Numbered from the stretch's first letter, positions 51,200-64,000 are shown. The stretch: DNA of 64,000 bases from Chiloscyllium plagiosum (GCF_004010195.1 NC_057719.1:1505736-1569735), one strand, 5' to 3'. Translations and numbers: made by a program. Notes: generated from the letters alone by a model not told the origin.

Positions 51200-52034
51200 T
51201 ACCCCTCAGCCTCTGACGCTCCTGGGCAAACAGCCCCAGGCTATTCAGTCTCTCCCTGTGGCTCAAATTCTCCAACCTTAGTAACACCCTTAAATCTGTT
51301 CTGAACCCTTTCAAGATTCACAAATCCTTCCAGTAGAAAGGAGACAAGAATTGCATGCAATATTCCAAAAGTACTACCTCAAAAAAGTCAAGCAAGTTTG
51401 AGAGACATGATTTCCCTCACACAAAACCATGCTGACTATTCCTTATGAGTCCTTGCCTCTCCAAATGCATGTAATTCTTATCTTTCAGAATCACCTCCAA
51501 CAACTTAGTGATGTCAGGCTCACAGGCCTATAGTTCCCAGGCTTCGCCTTACAGCCTTTCTTAAATAAAAGCACATTAGCCACTCTTGAGTCCTCCAGCA
51601 CCTCTCCTGTGATTATCGATGAGACATATTTCTGCTAGGGGCCCCACAATTTCTTCCCTAATTTTCCCCAATGTCCTCAAATACATTTGATCAGGTCTCA
51701 GAGATTTATCCACCTTTATGTTTTCTAAGACTTCTAGCACTTCTTTTCTGTAATGTGAGCTGAATATTTGTTTCTCCAAGTTCTCTACTCTCCATTTCTT
51801 TCTCCACAGTCAAAGCTGATGCAAAATATTAATTTGTTATAACTCCCATCTCCTGAGGCTAAACACACAGTGAGAGAGAGAGAGATCTTTTAGCAACCTG
51901 TTCTCTCTCTTGTTGATCCTGTACCCTTAATGTACTTGTAGAATCTCTTTGGGTTATCTGTCAAGGCTATCTCTCATATCCCCTCTTTGCTCTCCTGATC
52001 TCCCACTTGAGCTTGCCTCTACACTCTTCATGCT

Positions 52035-52162
52035 CACGCTCTCTCTCTTGCTCTGTGTCTCACTTGTGCGCTGTCTCACACGCACTCTCTTTCACTCATG
52101 CACTCGTCGCTCTCTCGCTCTCTCTCTTGCATTCGTGCTTGCTTTTGCTCACTCTCTTCCTC
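52035..52162. repeat. Degenerate CT/GCTC low-complexity repeat
   Basis: Seen directly in the sequence. Confidence 0.7.
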
Positions 52163-54189
52163 TGAAATAAGGTGCTCATTATTTTAAAACAACAGTCAAA
52201 ACATCTGACCAGGACTAAGAGAGACTGGGACAGAATGGAAAGTCAGTAGTTCCAACGTGGATGCTTGATGGATGGAATGTTCCTGTGCTGCACTGTTGTT
52301 CAAGAGTTAAAACTATTCCATGAAGTGAATTGAATTTAAGTAGCTATAAATAGAGAAATGAGTTTTCAGTTACTGTGCATTAAACTTTACTTTAGTTGAG
52401 ACCCTTCAGAACAGATTGGACTGTACAACATGTAATTTCTGATTTCAGTTAGTGTGTACATTGTTAGAAATGTAATATTGCTGCAGAGACTCTGTCCTGC
52501 CCCCTAGTCTCTCCCTGCTCCGTAATCAAAACACTACTGTATTTTGTTAGTAATCCTCAACAGATTATGTGATTATAATCTTGTAGCAATTGCCCACAGA
52601 TGTTATAGTCATCGTTTATACGTAAAAACGAGTCATCTGAAAGATGCTCACTCATTTCTATATAAATTTTCCTGTGGTTGGCTCTTCATGAGCATTCACT
52701 TCTGAAATTTCAAATACCCCAGACTACTCAGTCTTCTTAATTTTCCATCCTTACTGTAATAAAATTGGTAGTTGTTACACCATTTCCTGTGCACTCCAAG
52801 GATTACAAATAAGGATTATCTCCTCTTACTGCCTTCGCCTCCTGTAATCTTTCAAATTTGATGTTGCCTGATTCTGATTTATTCTGTCCTATTTCCAGCT
52901 CTTAACTGTGATAGCATCCCACACGAAAACTCAAAAAAGTTTGCTCCCTTTCCAGCACAAGAATTAATCAATACCCCAACCTGATACTGAGTCCTACCAA
53001 TCATTAGACAATGCTACAGAAACTAGGGGACAGAGGTTTAAGGTTTTGGTCAAGAGACGCAGGAGTGAAGTTCTTCAATGCCATGGGTGTTAATGACCTG
53101 GAACTTGCTGGAGTAAGCAGAAACATCAGTTTCAAAAATAAATCGGATGGGAGCTTTAGGGAAATAAAATTGTGTGGCTGTGTGGAAAGAACAGAGAAAT
53201 GGGACTGATTGTATTGTATCATGTGTAATTGACAAGGACTTGATGGGCTGAAAGGCCACCTCTTGTGATGTAATGACTGACAAAGACTGAGAATAATGAA
53301 GCCCACTCTGAGAGTTTGCGTATATTATGAAGAAACTGGGGTTTTTGGAGTGGTTCTACAGCTGTGACCTCATTTGGAGGTTTCTGAAATTTATAGTTTA
53401 GAGACAGGTGTCCAGCCAGTGATGCCATTTGCCACAAGTGAATTCATCTTAAAAGAAATCACACTTATAATTGCATAAAATTAATGAGAAAACCTGATCA
53501 GTAAGGGTTAACATCACAAGAAATTTAAATTCCAGAATTAATCATCTTGCTTTCTTCCTTTATAGAAGACGTGGACAGGTGCTGGCTTCTATCTATAACC
53601 ACTCACTGATATCCATTTTCCGTATGTGAATGTTTGTGACCTATTTGGAGCCAAACTCAATTCTTCATTCATCCTATTCACTTTCCAGGAACTTGACATA
53701 CTTGTACAGTTTCCAGCAAGAGACTCAGTGCACGTGAGACAATGGCCAAATTTATATATTTTTTAAAAATTCACCTTCCTAACCTTAGAATACTGAGGCA
53801 GCTTTCAGCATGCTTGAGCTAAGAGCAGTTAATGTAACAGAATAGCTGGGACCTTCCTGCATTAGCAGATCACACTGTTTAATACTTGGTTCATTGGGAG
53901 CTGGAGCTGAATATGAGTTGCTCGTCTGCAATTGGGGTGGAAAAAGGAGAAAAATGCAGTGATCAGCAAAAGTCACACTTGGGTGAATGTTTATGTTTTC
54001 ATTGATCTATCCAACTAATCACAACACAATTAATTTGAGCATTGTTGTAAAATTACTGTTTGCAACACACAGCGGATTCAGCAGCAGAATTCCCATTCCT
54101 TATTGATGAGCATGCAAAAAAAAGGAAAGATTTTTAGGGCCATTAGTGTTAAGCCCTGAATATTGAACGGTTTATAACATTCAAGAACA

Positions 54190-55205
54190 AATTGGAAGCT
54201 ATGCAATGGTGGAGGCGTAGCACTGTTAGTTAAGAATGACATTGGTGACAGAGGTAATAGTTCAGGATATCAGGTTGTGGAATTGCTTTGGGTGAAGATC
54301 AAGGATAGTAGGGGAAGAAGTAATTAATAGGGTGATCTATAGACCTCTTAACAGTAACTACAATGTAGGATGAAGTATAGAAAATTAAATAATGGCTGCT
54401 TGTGATAATGGAATGCATTAGCCATAAGTGATTTTAATCATTGTTATAAAGTGGGAAAAATCAGATTGACACCTTAGAAAATTTGAGAAGATTTTTTAGA
54501 TTAACATGTTCTGAAACTAATCAGAGAACAGCTTACTTTAGACCTGGTATTGTGTAATTTGGCAGGATTAAATAATGATAAGGTGAGAGGAGAGTTGTTG
54601 CCCTTGAGATCAAGATTGTATTTGAATGAGTGTGATGTCAAGTAGCCCTAGCGAGACTGGAGTCAATGGGAATCAGGGCACGCTCTCCACTGGTTAGAGT
54701 CAGACCTGACACGTTGGAAGGTGGTTGTGGTTGTTCAAGGTCAATTATCTCAGTTCCAGGATATCTCTGCAGAAATTCCTCATGGTGGTTTCTCAGGCCT
54801 GAACATCTTCAGCTGCTTCATCAATGACCTTCCCTCCATCATAAGCTCAGAAGTGGGGATCAGCGCTGATGATTACGCATTGTTCAGTACCATTCGTGAC
54901 TCCTCAGATACTGAAGCAGTTCATGTCCAAATGCAGCCAAGAACTCGACAATGTCCAGGTTAGGGACTGAAAAGTGGTGGCAAACAATGCTTTCATCATC
55001 TAAATGTCAGCCGTTGACCATCTTCAACAAGATCGTATGTTATCCCTTGATTTTCAGTGTCATCACCATCACTGAATTCCCCCACTATCTACATTCTGGG
55101 GGGGGTTACCATTCACCAAAAACTCAATGTACTTGCCACACAAATTCTGTGGCTATAACAGCAAGTCAGAGGCTTGGAATCCTGCACTGAGTAACTCATT
55201 TCCTG
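54190..55205 (+). mobile_element. Old LINE fragments (CR1 endonuclease region; CR1/L2-type RT from about 54580)
   Basis: ggtgatctatagacctct (VIYRP); IFSCFINDLPS...ISADD. Confidence 0.65.
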
Positions 55206-55994
55206 ATGAGATTTGGTTCTCGTGCCTTGGGTGTTATACTTGAATATATAACTTTCTCATTTGGATCAAAATGCTTTTCCATGGAGCCATGATGCAATTG
55301 CTGAATTTTGTTTGTCAAGAGCAATGGAGCAGATGACATGATCACCTTTCATTTCCCATCTGTAGTTGGGTGAAGTGGATCAGTTGTCAGTGATTTAAGT
55401 GGTTGGTTTATTACTCCCCCTCCCACTTGAATCAAGATTCAACTGAGTCTCATGGCTCCTTTCCTTTGAATTCTCCTGAGGATTTTGACATATTAAGATC
55501 TGGGCTGTTTTAATCTTGGTGTAGCATACCATCATTTGGAATCCTGGTGGCTGTGGTTATGGAGCTTGAACAAATGGAAGCCATTAGGTTCATTTTGTTA
55601 ACTAATCCCTGGTTAAAAATGTAGAGTTTCAGTGAAAAACATGATTTAAATTCTTCCATGTAGCTGGTGAAGCTGTTCTGTTGCTCTGGCCCCAGAAGCT
55701 TATTTTAATTTGGTTCTGGCTGTTTACATTGTAAAATCTAGCTCCCTTCACCATGGTAGCAGGATCATAGATTCATTGATCCAAGGTATTTCCCCCTCCT
55801 GCTGGGATAAGGAACTGGAGTTAGTTCTGTGCAAAGCAGGATCCATTTTAAATTAAGCTGCAGGATAAAATCAGAGCTGGCATGGGGCAGAAGTGAAGAA
55901 ATAATAAAGTAGCAGCCAGATCTGCTCACTGTCCTGGTATTCTCTGGCAGTTTCATTGGTATTGCCATTAATATAAAACAAAGCCTGTAGTCTT

Positions 55995-56300
55995 GTGTAC
56001 AGGTAATACTGGAGAAACTCAGTAGGTCTGGCAGTATCTGTGGAAAGAGAAACAGTTTTATCATTTCCAGTCTGAGAGTCATACCAGACTGAAAATGTAC
56101 TGGACCCTAAATATTAACTCTGATTTCTCTCCACAGATGCTGCCAGGCTGCTGAGCTTTTCCAGCAGTTTCTGTTTTTGTTTCTGATTTTCAGCATCTGC
56201 AGTTCTTTTGGTTTTTATTCTAAATGTTGGCTGTTTTTCTCTCTAGAGATCTCCTAAGTTTCTCCAGCATTCTGTTTTCATTTCAGATTTCCAGCATTGC
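55995..56300. mobile_element. Old PLE hairpin containing a second PLE terminus (56099-56222)
   Basis: Outer arms ctggagaaactcag / agtttctccagca; inner family C piece flanked by aaatgt. Confidence 0.7.
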
Positions 56301-56394
56301 TTTACTTGTGTTCTAATGTCTGTCATCTTTCTTTTCTACTCAAACGATGCTTTTCTAGTGTTCAAAAGCTGAGAACAACTCAGATGCACCACTT

Positions 56395-56640
56395 GTTCGT
56401 TTGACTCAGTTGATAGCATTGTCTTCTGAGTCCGAAGCCTTACTCCATAGGTTGTGAGTCTGACATTCTCAGTGCACTTACTGAGGGCACTGTCTTTCAG
56501 ATGATACTTAAAACCTCAGAGACCTGCTGGGACAGAGTACAAGATCCCACATTGCTACCCACACTACACAGTACATGCAGTGTACTAGCCAGTACCTATC
56601 CCTCAAACAATTACACTGAACTATCTGATCACTGGTATCC
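56395..56640 (+). mobile_element. Ancient Deu-domain-type SINE relic
   Basis: tgactcagttgatagc...ctgtctttcagatga...aagatcccac...ctagccagtacctatccctcaaac. Confidence 0.5.
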
Positions 56641-57619
56641 ATACAAAATTAATATAAGTAAGTTATAGATTAGAAACTTTGGGTTATCGCAAAAACATAA
56701 TTTGCTGTATTCATGCAAATTCCATTAGTTACATTTATTGTATTTCTTGGTATTTGAGAAAGACTTGCATTTATAAAGTACCTTGCCCCCACCGCGGGAC
56801 AAACAAATTCTTTGCAGCCAATGAAGTCCTTTTGAGTGGGTTCACTTGCAATTTAGGTACCAATTATTAGCCTGCCTATTCAACCATAGCAGATGATTTT
56901 TCAACACTGACTGACGCATCACTTTGAACAGTAACTTCTGTGCTTTAAATATATTGTTTATTAGAAGTTCCTTGAGTGAGCTGAGCCATCTGGTGCTTGC
57001 TGTTACAGCCCACTGCACAAGTGTGGCCATTCGATTGTGTTGGGATGAGAGAAGTATGCTCTTCTGTCTAATAAAGATTTGTCTGATTTCTGGAGAAAGC
57101 TAAAGGCTTCAGTTCTTGTGCTGTGACATGAAAAGCACCTTAGGAACTATCAAAGCGATATTGAGTTGGCAAAGCTTCTGAAAGGCATTTTTTTTCCAAG
57201 GGAGTTGACAAAGTCTTTTTATATTATCTCACTTTTATTTTTAATGTGTTCAGTTTTTTTTGAAGTTTCTGCTGAAAACAACTGAAGAAAATCTGTCAGT
57301 GGGATTGTGGTCCTTTCACATCCATTCAAGGAAGAAGTAATTAATAATACTTGTACATTTCTAAAAACGTGGCACAAAGCCAAGTATTTTCTAACCCCTA
57401 CTTCTTACTCCCTACTCCCTCTCTTCCTGAAAGCATTAACTTCTTTATAGGGCTTTTCTTTGCTTCCACATGCACCCTGTTATCCCCATGAGCATGGATG
57501 AAAGAAATACTTGCATTTGTGTAGTAACTTGCACCACCTCAGGATGAACAAAAGTGCTTTATGTTCAGTGAAGTACTTTTGAAGTGTGCTCACTTATAGT
57601 TTGTAGGTGCCAAGTATTA

Positions 57620-57830
57620 GCTAGCCAATCAGTCATTGCAGCCTTTCTTGAATATAGGTTAAATCCAAGGTTGAGGTCGACCCATCTTTAATCAGTAAGC
57701 AAATCGAGGGTTATGAGGAAATGACGGGAAAGTGAAGCTGAAGATTATCAGATCAGCCATGATCTCATAGAATGTTGAAGCAGACTTGATGGGCCAAAAG
57801 GACCTACTATTTCTCATGTGTCTTATGATC
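57620..57830 (+). mobile_element. CR1 3' end (old)
   Basis: cagatcagccatgatctcatagaatg...gggccaaaaggacctact. Confidence 0.7.
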
Positions 57831-60368
57831 TAACCATGGTAGCTTTCCCCTCCTCTGGAACTGCCATTAAGATTGCAAAATGGAGCAGAAACCTGGCATA
57901 AATGTTTTTCTCTTCTGTCCCTATTCGTGCAAGTTGAAAGCCAGATTTGAAATTTCTGTTCCTGATTTTCAAAAATGTTGCTGACAGAATAGCCTCGAAA
58001 TGAGACCAATTTCCAATTGTTTATCCAATGATTTCTGCTGGAAGACAACATCAGTGTAGATATCCAGCAAGAATAGGTATGCCTCTGAGGACAAATATCC
58101 TAGTGCCATTCGCTGCCGATTTTGATGTGTGAACATTAACTACTTGGCAATTTATTAGGGAGCATTGCACAGTCAATAACACCAGCCCAGCAATGAGCTG
58201 ACATCTTTAGCAAGAGATGGGGAGAAACCTGATAGAATTGAGACGCTGTTTCTGGTTTGCTGTGTGATTTGCCACTGTATGTAAGAGTAAACACAGCACA
58301 GAGAAGCTCTTGTTCCTCACAAAGGCAAGTACAGAGCACTCCTGTTAAGCAAAGAACTGATTTATCTGCAATCTGTGTAGATTTGTCCGGAGTGTAGGAG
58401 TCGATGCTGGGTGAAGGACACTATGGGAACAAAAGCCTGTTTTCATTCAGAAACAGCAAGAGGTTATGTTTACAGTGATGGGCTGTGCAGGACTGATTCA
58501 GAAACTGTCTGTGAAGTTTTGCTTCTCCTTATTTTTAAAATATGACCCGTTTTAATGTATGTCGCTCTTAAAATAGTGTGCAAACCTGACAAATTTGGGA
58601 CATTTTTAAAAAATTAGAACAACATATTACAGGGCAGTATGAAAGAAATGCTTAAAATCATGAAAGTCTGGGAAAAGGTAGGCAAACATATTATGCAGTA
58701 GTCAAGGAGGATTTGATGTGGGATGCATTGACACAAGATTGTCAAAAATGTATTACATGAAACTTCAGAGTTGTTGGGCTGCAGTTGCGGGTAAAAACAC
58801 TCAGCCTTTGATTAAATTGAGGGATGAAGCGATTTGGGAAGAGGATGGCAAAATTTGCTTTGGGTTATTGGATACATGGTGGCATGGCCTAGTTGGGCTG
58901 AAATGCTGAATGTTTCCATGTACAAAGTGAGCAGACACCTCCATGGGAGTGTCACTTTCCGATCCTCAACATTGCTCGTGAATATTTCACTAATATTAAC
59001 AGCTCAGCTCGATGTCTTTACTAGTTAAACAAACCTGGCTTTTCAGACCATTGATTGTCATGCTTTTATTGGACGGGACCCAGGTGTTTGATTTATCTGG
59101 GTGTCTCTTCATCCACGTTGGCTTCATTGTATTGTTACTAGATTGTAAAGAAAGATGATGACACATGTTCCTTGACTAAATCCTCAAGATATGTTATTGG
59201 ATCTCAGTGACCTGTTGCAGGTAAGTAGGAAGCACTGACAGACAGCGCTTGTCTGACTTTTATTATTTCATTAAATCTTTGACATCTGTCTACCTTCCTG
59301 ACAGTTGATGTATAATATTGTTTAAGTTGAATTTGGACAAAAATTCCCTGACAGTTGGTGAGGAGTAGGCAATACATTTTCTTTCCCTATTAATGACTCT
59401 CCTTGGCACCTCATCTTGTTGAATTATGCCCCAGTCCCCTTGTCTGGTTTCACAGGAAGCTGTTGTTTCCTCCCCCTGCTTTTCGATGTTCCTGGAATGC
59501 TGAATTTGCAGGGTTCATGAACTCGGGCCAGTAGTTACTAAAGAGAGAACTTCAGTTAAACTCGGGCCATTCACCTACTTAGTTAATCTGTATTAAAAAC
59601 AACTGTACAGTCCTCAAGTGTAAAGTCCCATTGTATTTCTTAAAAAGTGTTAAAAATGTTCCTTCTAGCTGCTTTTTCCAGATGGTTAAATGTACAGAAT
59701 AATATCCTGTTTGATACCTAGTTACGTTTTACTAGCTACAATTTCCCTGTCGTCTTATTGCAATTCAGTTTACTATTAGTATGGCGTGTAATTAAACAAA
59801 AAGAGTTAAATTACTAGGACCAGTTATTATTTAATCTAAGCTTATTTTTCTCTAAAAGATTGTGAGGTGGTCATGTCAAGAGGGAGAATATGTTTGTCTG
59901 ATGGGGAATCCAGAAATCCAGAACTAGGGTGTAATCTTAACATTTCCAGCTAGGTTATTCAGCAAGGTTGGGTAACCCTTCTTCACACAGTTGTGAAAGT
60001 TTGGAATGCACTTCCCCAAAAAGCTGTTGAGATAAGAGTGAAGAGAGGTCAGTTGATCATTTCAAAACAGATTGATGAATTTTATGTAGCAGAGCCGTGA
60101 AGGGTCTTGTGGCGCCAAAAGGTCTGGTTTCAAGTCCCAACTTCCCAAGATGTGTGTCACAATGTTATAGAAGAACTAGAACATACAACATTACAGCGCA
60201 GTACAGACCCTTCAGCCCTCGATGTTGTGCTGACCTGTGAAACCAATCTAAAGCCCATCTAACTTACACTATTCTGTTATCATTCATATGTTTATCCAAT
60301 GACCACTTAAATGCCCATAGTGTTGGCGAGTCTACTACTGTTGCAGGTAGGGCATTCCACACCCTTAT

Positions 60369-61745
60369 TGAGTCACAATTAATTAGAATGGACGGCTTTG
60401 AGGTATGTAGGGAAGAGGTGTTGGAAATTCTGGAAAGGGTGAAAATAGATAAGTCCCCTGGGCCTGATGGCATTTATCCTAGGATTCTCTGGGAAGCAAG
60501 GGAGGAGATTGCAGAGCCATTGGCCTTGATTTTTATGTCCTCATTGTCTACAGGAATAGTGCCAGAAGACTGGAGGATAGCAAATGTGGTTCCCTTGTTC
60601 AAGAAGGGGAGTAGGGATAATCCTAGTAACTATAGGCCGGTGAGCCTCACTTCTGTTGGGGGCAAAGTCTTAGAGAGAATTGTAAGGGATAGGATTTATG
60701 AACATCTGGATAGGAATAATGTGATCAAGGATAGTCAGCATGGTTTTGTGAAGGGCAAGTCGTGCCTCACAAACCTTATTGAATTCTTTGAAAAGGTGAC
60801 GAAGGAGGTTGATGAGGGGAAAGCGGTAGATGTGGTATAAATGGATGGCTTGGCCCTTTCTGTCCTATTCCAGGCTGTTTCTCCTGGAATGGGAGAAGGG
60901 AAGGAAGGAGTGAGGGTAGCCCTGCTGTGAGTGCTGGTGTAGGTGGATGGGGGAAGGGTGAACTGTCAGGATAGAGTCTGTCCAAAGTGTTGTATCCACG
61001 CCATGTTATTAGTGGGCAGGGCTATTGTGTCAGTGACAGAAAAAGTGGGGGAAGAAAGGTGCTGAATTCAATAGTAAGAGTGGTCTGTGGTTTGTACACA
61101 GATCTCTGAAAGTTGCCACCCAGGTAAATAGTGCGGTGAAGAAGGCATATGGCGTACTGGCTTTTATTGGTAGAGGAATTGAGTTCCGGAACCCTGAGGT
61201 CATGTTGCAGTTTTATAAGACTCTGGTGCAGCCTCATCTGGAGTATTGTGTGCAGTTTTGGTCGTCATACTATAGGAAGGATGTGGAGGCACTGGAATGG
61301 GTGCAGAGGAGGTTTACCAGGATGTTGCCTGGTATGGTAGGAAGATCGTATGAGGAAAGGCTGAGGCACTTGGGGCTGTTTTCGTTGGAGAAAAGAAGGT
61401 TTGGGTTGACTTGATAGAGGTGTACAAGATCGGGGTTTAGATAGGGTCGACAGTGAGAACCTTTTTCCACGTATGGAGTCAGCTATTACGAGGGGACATA
61501 GCTTTAAATTAAGGGGTGGTAGGTATAGGACAGATGTTAGGGGTAGATTCTTTACTCAGCGAGTCGTGAGTTCATGGAATGCCCTGCCAGTAGCAGTGGT
61601 GGACTCTACCTCTTTATGGGCATTTAAACAGGCATTGGATAGGCATATGGAGGATAGTGGGCTAGTGTAGGTTAGGTGGGCTTGGATCGGCGCAACATCG
61701 AGGGCCAAAGGGCCTGTACTGCGCTGTATTTTTCTATGTTCTATG
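60369..61745 (+). mobile_element. CR1 LINE with the central RT replaced by unrelated sequence
   Basis: Open 150 aa KSPGPDGIYPRIL...QHGFVKGKSCLTNLIEFF; C-terminal part and 3' UTR from about 61095. Confidence 0.92.
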
Positions 61746-63261
61746 TACTCTGAGCAAAGAACCTACCTCTGCCATCTGATCCCTCATTTAAAGCTATGTC
61801 CCGTCGTGCTAGCAATCCCCAGTACACTGTATCGAATCCTCTGATCATGTTGTATGCCTCTATTAAGTCACCACTTAACCTTCTTCTCTCGAACAAAAAC
61901 AGCTTCAAGTCCCTCAGCCTTTACTCATAAGACCTTCTCTCCAAACGAGGCAACATCTTGGTAAATCTCTTCTGAACCCTTTCCAAAGCTTCCGCATCCT
62001 TCCTTGTAATGCGGTGACCAGAACTGGAAGCAATACTCCAAATGCAGCTGCACTAGAGTTTTGTACAGCTGCAGTATGACCTGATGGCTCCGAAACTCGA
62101 TCCCTCTATCAATAAAAGCTAACATACTGTATGTCGCCTTAACGATCCTATCAACCTGGGTGGTAACTTTCAGGGATCTATGTACATGGACACCGAGATC
62201 TCTCTGCTCATCCACACTACCAAGAATGTTCCCATTAGCCAAGTACTCTATATTCCTGTTGCTCCTTCCAAAGTAAATCACCTCACACTTTTCCACATTA
62301 AACTCCATTTGCCACCTCTCAGCCCAGCTCTGCAGCTTATTTATGTCCCTTTGTAACCTGCAATATCCTTATACACTGTCCACAACTCCACAGACTTCAG
62401 TGTCATCTGCAAATTTACTAACCCATCCTTCTACGTCCTCATCTTATAAAAGTGACAAACAGCAGTGGCCCCAGAACAGATCCTTGCGGTACACCACTAG
62501 TAACTGAGCTTCAGGATGAATATTTCCCATCAATCACCACCACCTTTCTTCTTTCAGCTAGCCAATTTCTGATCCAACCCATTAAACCCCTTCAATGACA
62601 TGACTCCGTATTTTCTGCAATACCGTGGGGAACCTTATCAAACCACTTACTGAAATCCATATACACCACATCAACGGCTTACCCTCATCCACCTGTTTGG
62701 TCACCTTCTGAAAGAACTCAATCAGGGTTGTGAGGCACGACCTACCCTTCACAAGATCATGTTGATTGTCTCTAATCAAATTATTCCTTTCTAGATGATT
62801 ATAAATCCTATCCCTTATAACCCTTTCCGACACTTTACCCACAACCGAAGTAAGGCTCACTGGTCTATAATTACCCGAGTTGTCTCTACTCCCCTGCTTG
62901 AACAAGGGAACCACGTTTGCTATCCTCCAGTCTTCTGGCACTATTCCTGTAGACAATGACGACATAAAGATCAAAGCCACAGGCTCGGCAATCCCCTCCC
63001 TGGCTTTCCAGAGATTCCTAGGATAAATCCCATCTGGCTCAGAGGACTTATCTATTTTCACACTTTCCAAAATTGCTAACACCTCCGCCTTGTGAACCTC
63101 AATCCCATCTAGTCTAATAGCCTGTATCTCAGTATTCTCCTTGACAATATTGTCTTTTTCTAGTGTGAATACTGATGAAAAATATTCATTTAGTGTCTCT
63201 CCTATCTCTTCGGACTCCACGCACAACTTCCCACTACTGTCCTTGACTGGCCCTAATCTTA

Positions 63262-63967
63262 TTCTGGAGTAGAGTGGTGCTGGAAAAACACAGCAGTTCA
63301 GGCAGCATCCGAGGAGCAGGAAAATCAACGTTTTGGGCAAAAGCCCTTCATCAGGAATACAGGCAGAGAGGCTGAAGGGTGGAGAGATAAATGAGAGGAG
63401 TGGGGAGAAAGTAGAATAGAGTACAATAGATGAGTGGGGGTGGGGATGAAGGTGATAGGTCAGGGAGGAGAGTGGGGGAAGGTAGCAAAGGGTACAGTGG
63501 GTGAGTGGGGGTGGGATGAAGGTAATAGATCAGAGAGGAGGGTGGAGTGGATAGGAGGAAAAGAAGATAGGCCGGTAGGACAGATCATGGGGACGGTGCT
63601 GAGCTGGAAGTTTGGAACTAGGGTGAGGTGGGGGAAGGGGAAATGAGGAAACTGGTGAAGTCCACATTGATGCCCTGGGGTTGAAGTGTTCCGAGGCGGA
63701 AGATATATTGGTGGATGTGCAAGTAAAACTTTGGATGTGGAAGGCTCCTTCAGGGCCTTGGATAGAGGTGAGGGAGGAGGTGTGGGTGCAAGTTTTGCAA
63801 TTCGTGCGGTGGCAGGGGAGGGTGCCAGGACGGGAGGGTGGGTTGTAAGGGGGCATGGACCTGACCAGGTAGTCACAGAGGGAACGGTCTTTGCAGAAAG
63901 TGGAAAGGGGTGGCGAGGGAAATATATCCCTGGTGGTGGGGTCCGTTTGGAGGTGGCGGAAATGTCG
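63262..63967 (-). mobile_element. PLE 3' region (family B) with ORF remnant and hammerhead terminus
   Basis: Minus PGTLPCHRTNCKTCTH...FTCTSTN (Cys-rich linker preceding GIY-YIG); minus CTGATGA-a-GGGC-tttt-GCCC near 63325-63355. Confidence 0.85.
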
Positions 63968-64000
63968 CTAGTCATCCTTTTATTCCAGACATACCTATAG

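Larger units (their letters stand above)
47440..52000 (-). mobile_element. Cluster of nested minus-strand CR1 fragments
   Basis: 3' ends at about 47440 and 50503; LVRPLLEYCAQFW; KEVLEVLENIKVDKS. Confidence 0.8.
60175..64000 (-). mobile_element. CR1 LINE split by a plus-strand CR1 (60369-61745) and a PLE (63262-63967); runs off the window
   Basis: Minus ORFs GIVPEDWRIANVVPLFKQGSRD...NYRPVSLTSVVGK and MEFNVEKCEV...HLEYCFQFW; 3' end at 60175. Confidence 0.92.

Noticed and set aside
53566..53578. Possible microexons (also 10535-10550)
   Set aside because: AG...GT after a pyrimidine tract is common by chance, the donors are weak, and there is no supporting evidence.
62582..63340. 252 aa ORF as a functional RT gene
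   Set aside because: CR1 ORF2 fragment with a PLE-derived N-terminus and a downstream frameshift.

Overview
Vertebrate, almost certainly elasmobranch (shark), non-coding DNA, probably intronic or intergenic. The basis is HE1-type tRNA/V-domain SINEs and abundant HER1/CR1 LINEs; the taxon is my inference. I found no host exon or RNA gene. Every recognisable ORF in the track is a decayed retroelement piece (CR1 RT, Rex1/Babar RT, Tx1 zf-RVT, RTE, Penelope GIY-YIG region). There are two assembly gaps. The most notable signal is about 25 Penelope-like element (PLE) termini from at least four sequence families. Most carry a minimal type I hammerhead motif (CTGANGA - stem II - GAAA - palindromic stem III - NUH) whose stems differ between families while staying paired. 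Many are inserted as 90-230 bp single-arm or hairpin mini-elements with 11-17 bp target-site duplications (TSDs), and their breakpoints cluster at the ribozyme core. Hammerheads in PLEs are established knowledge; the mini-hairpin architecture, breakpoint clustering and capture of flanking DNA are what merit follow-up. Family names come from motif recognition without a database search, and boundaries of old fragments are approximate.
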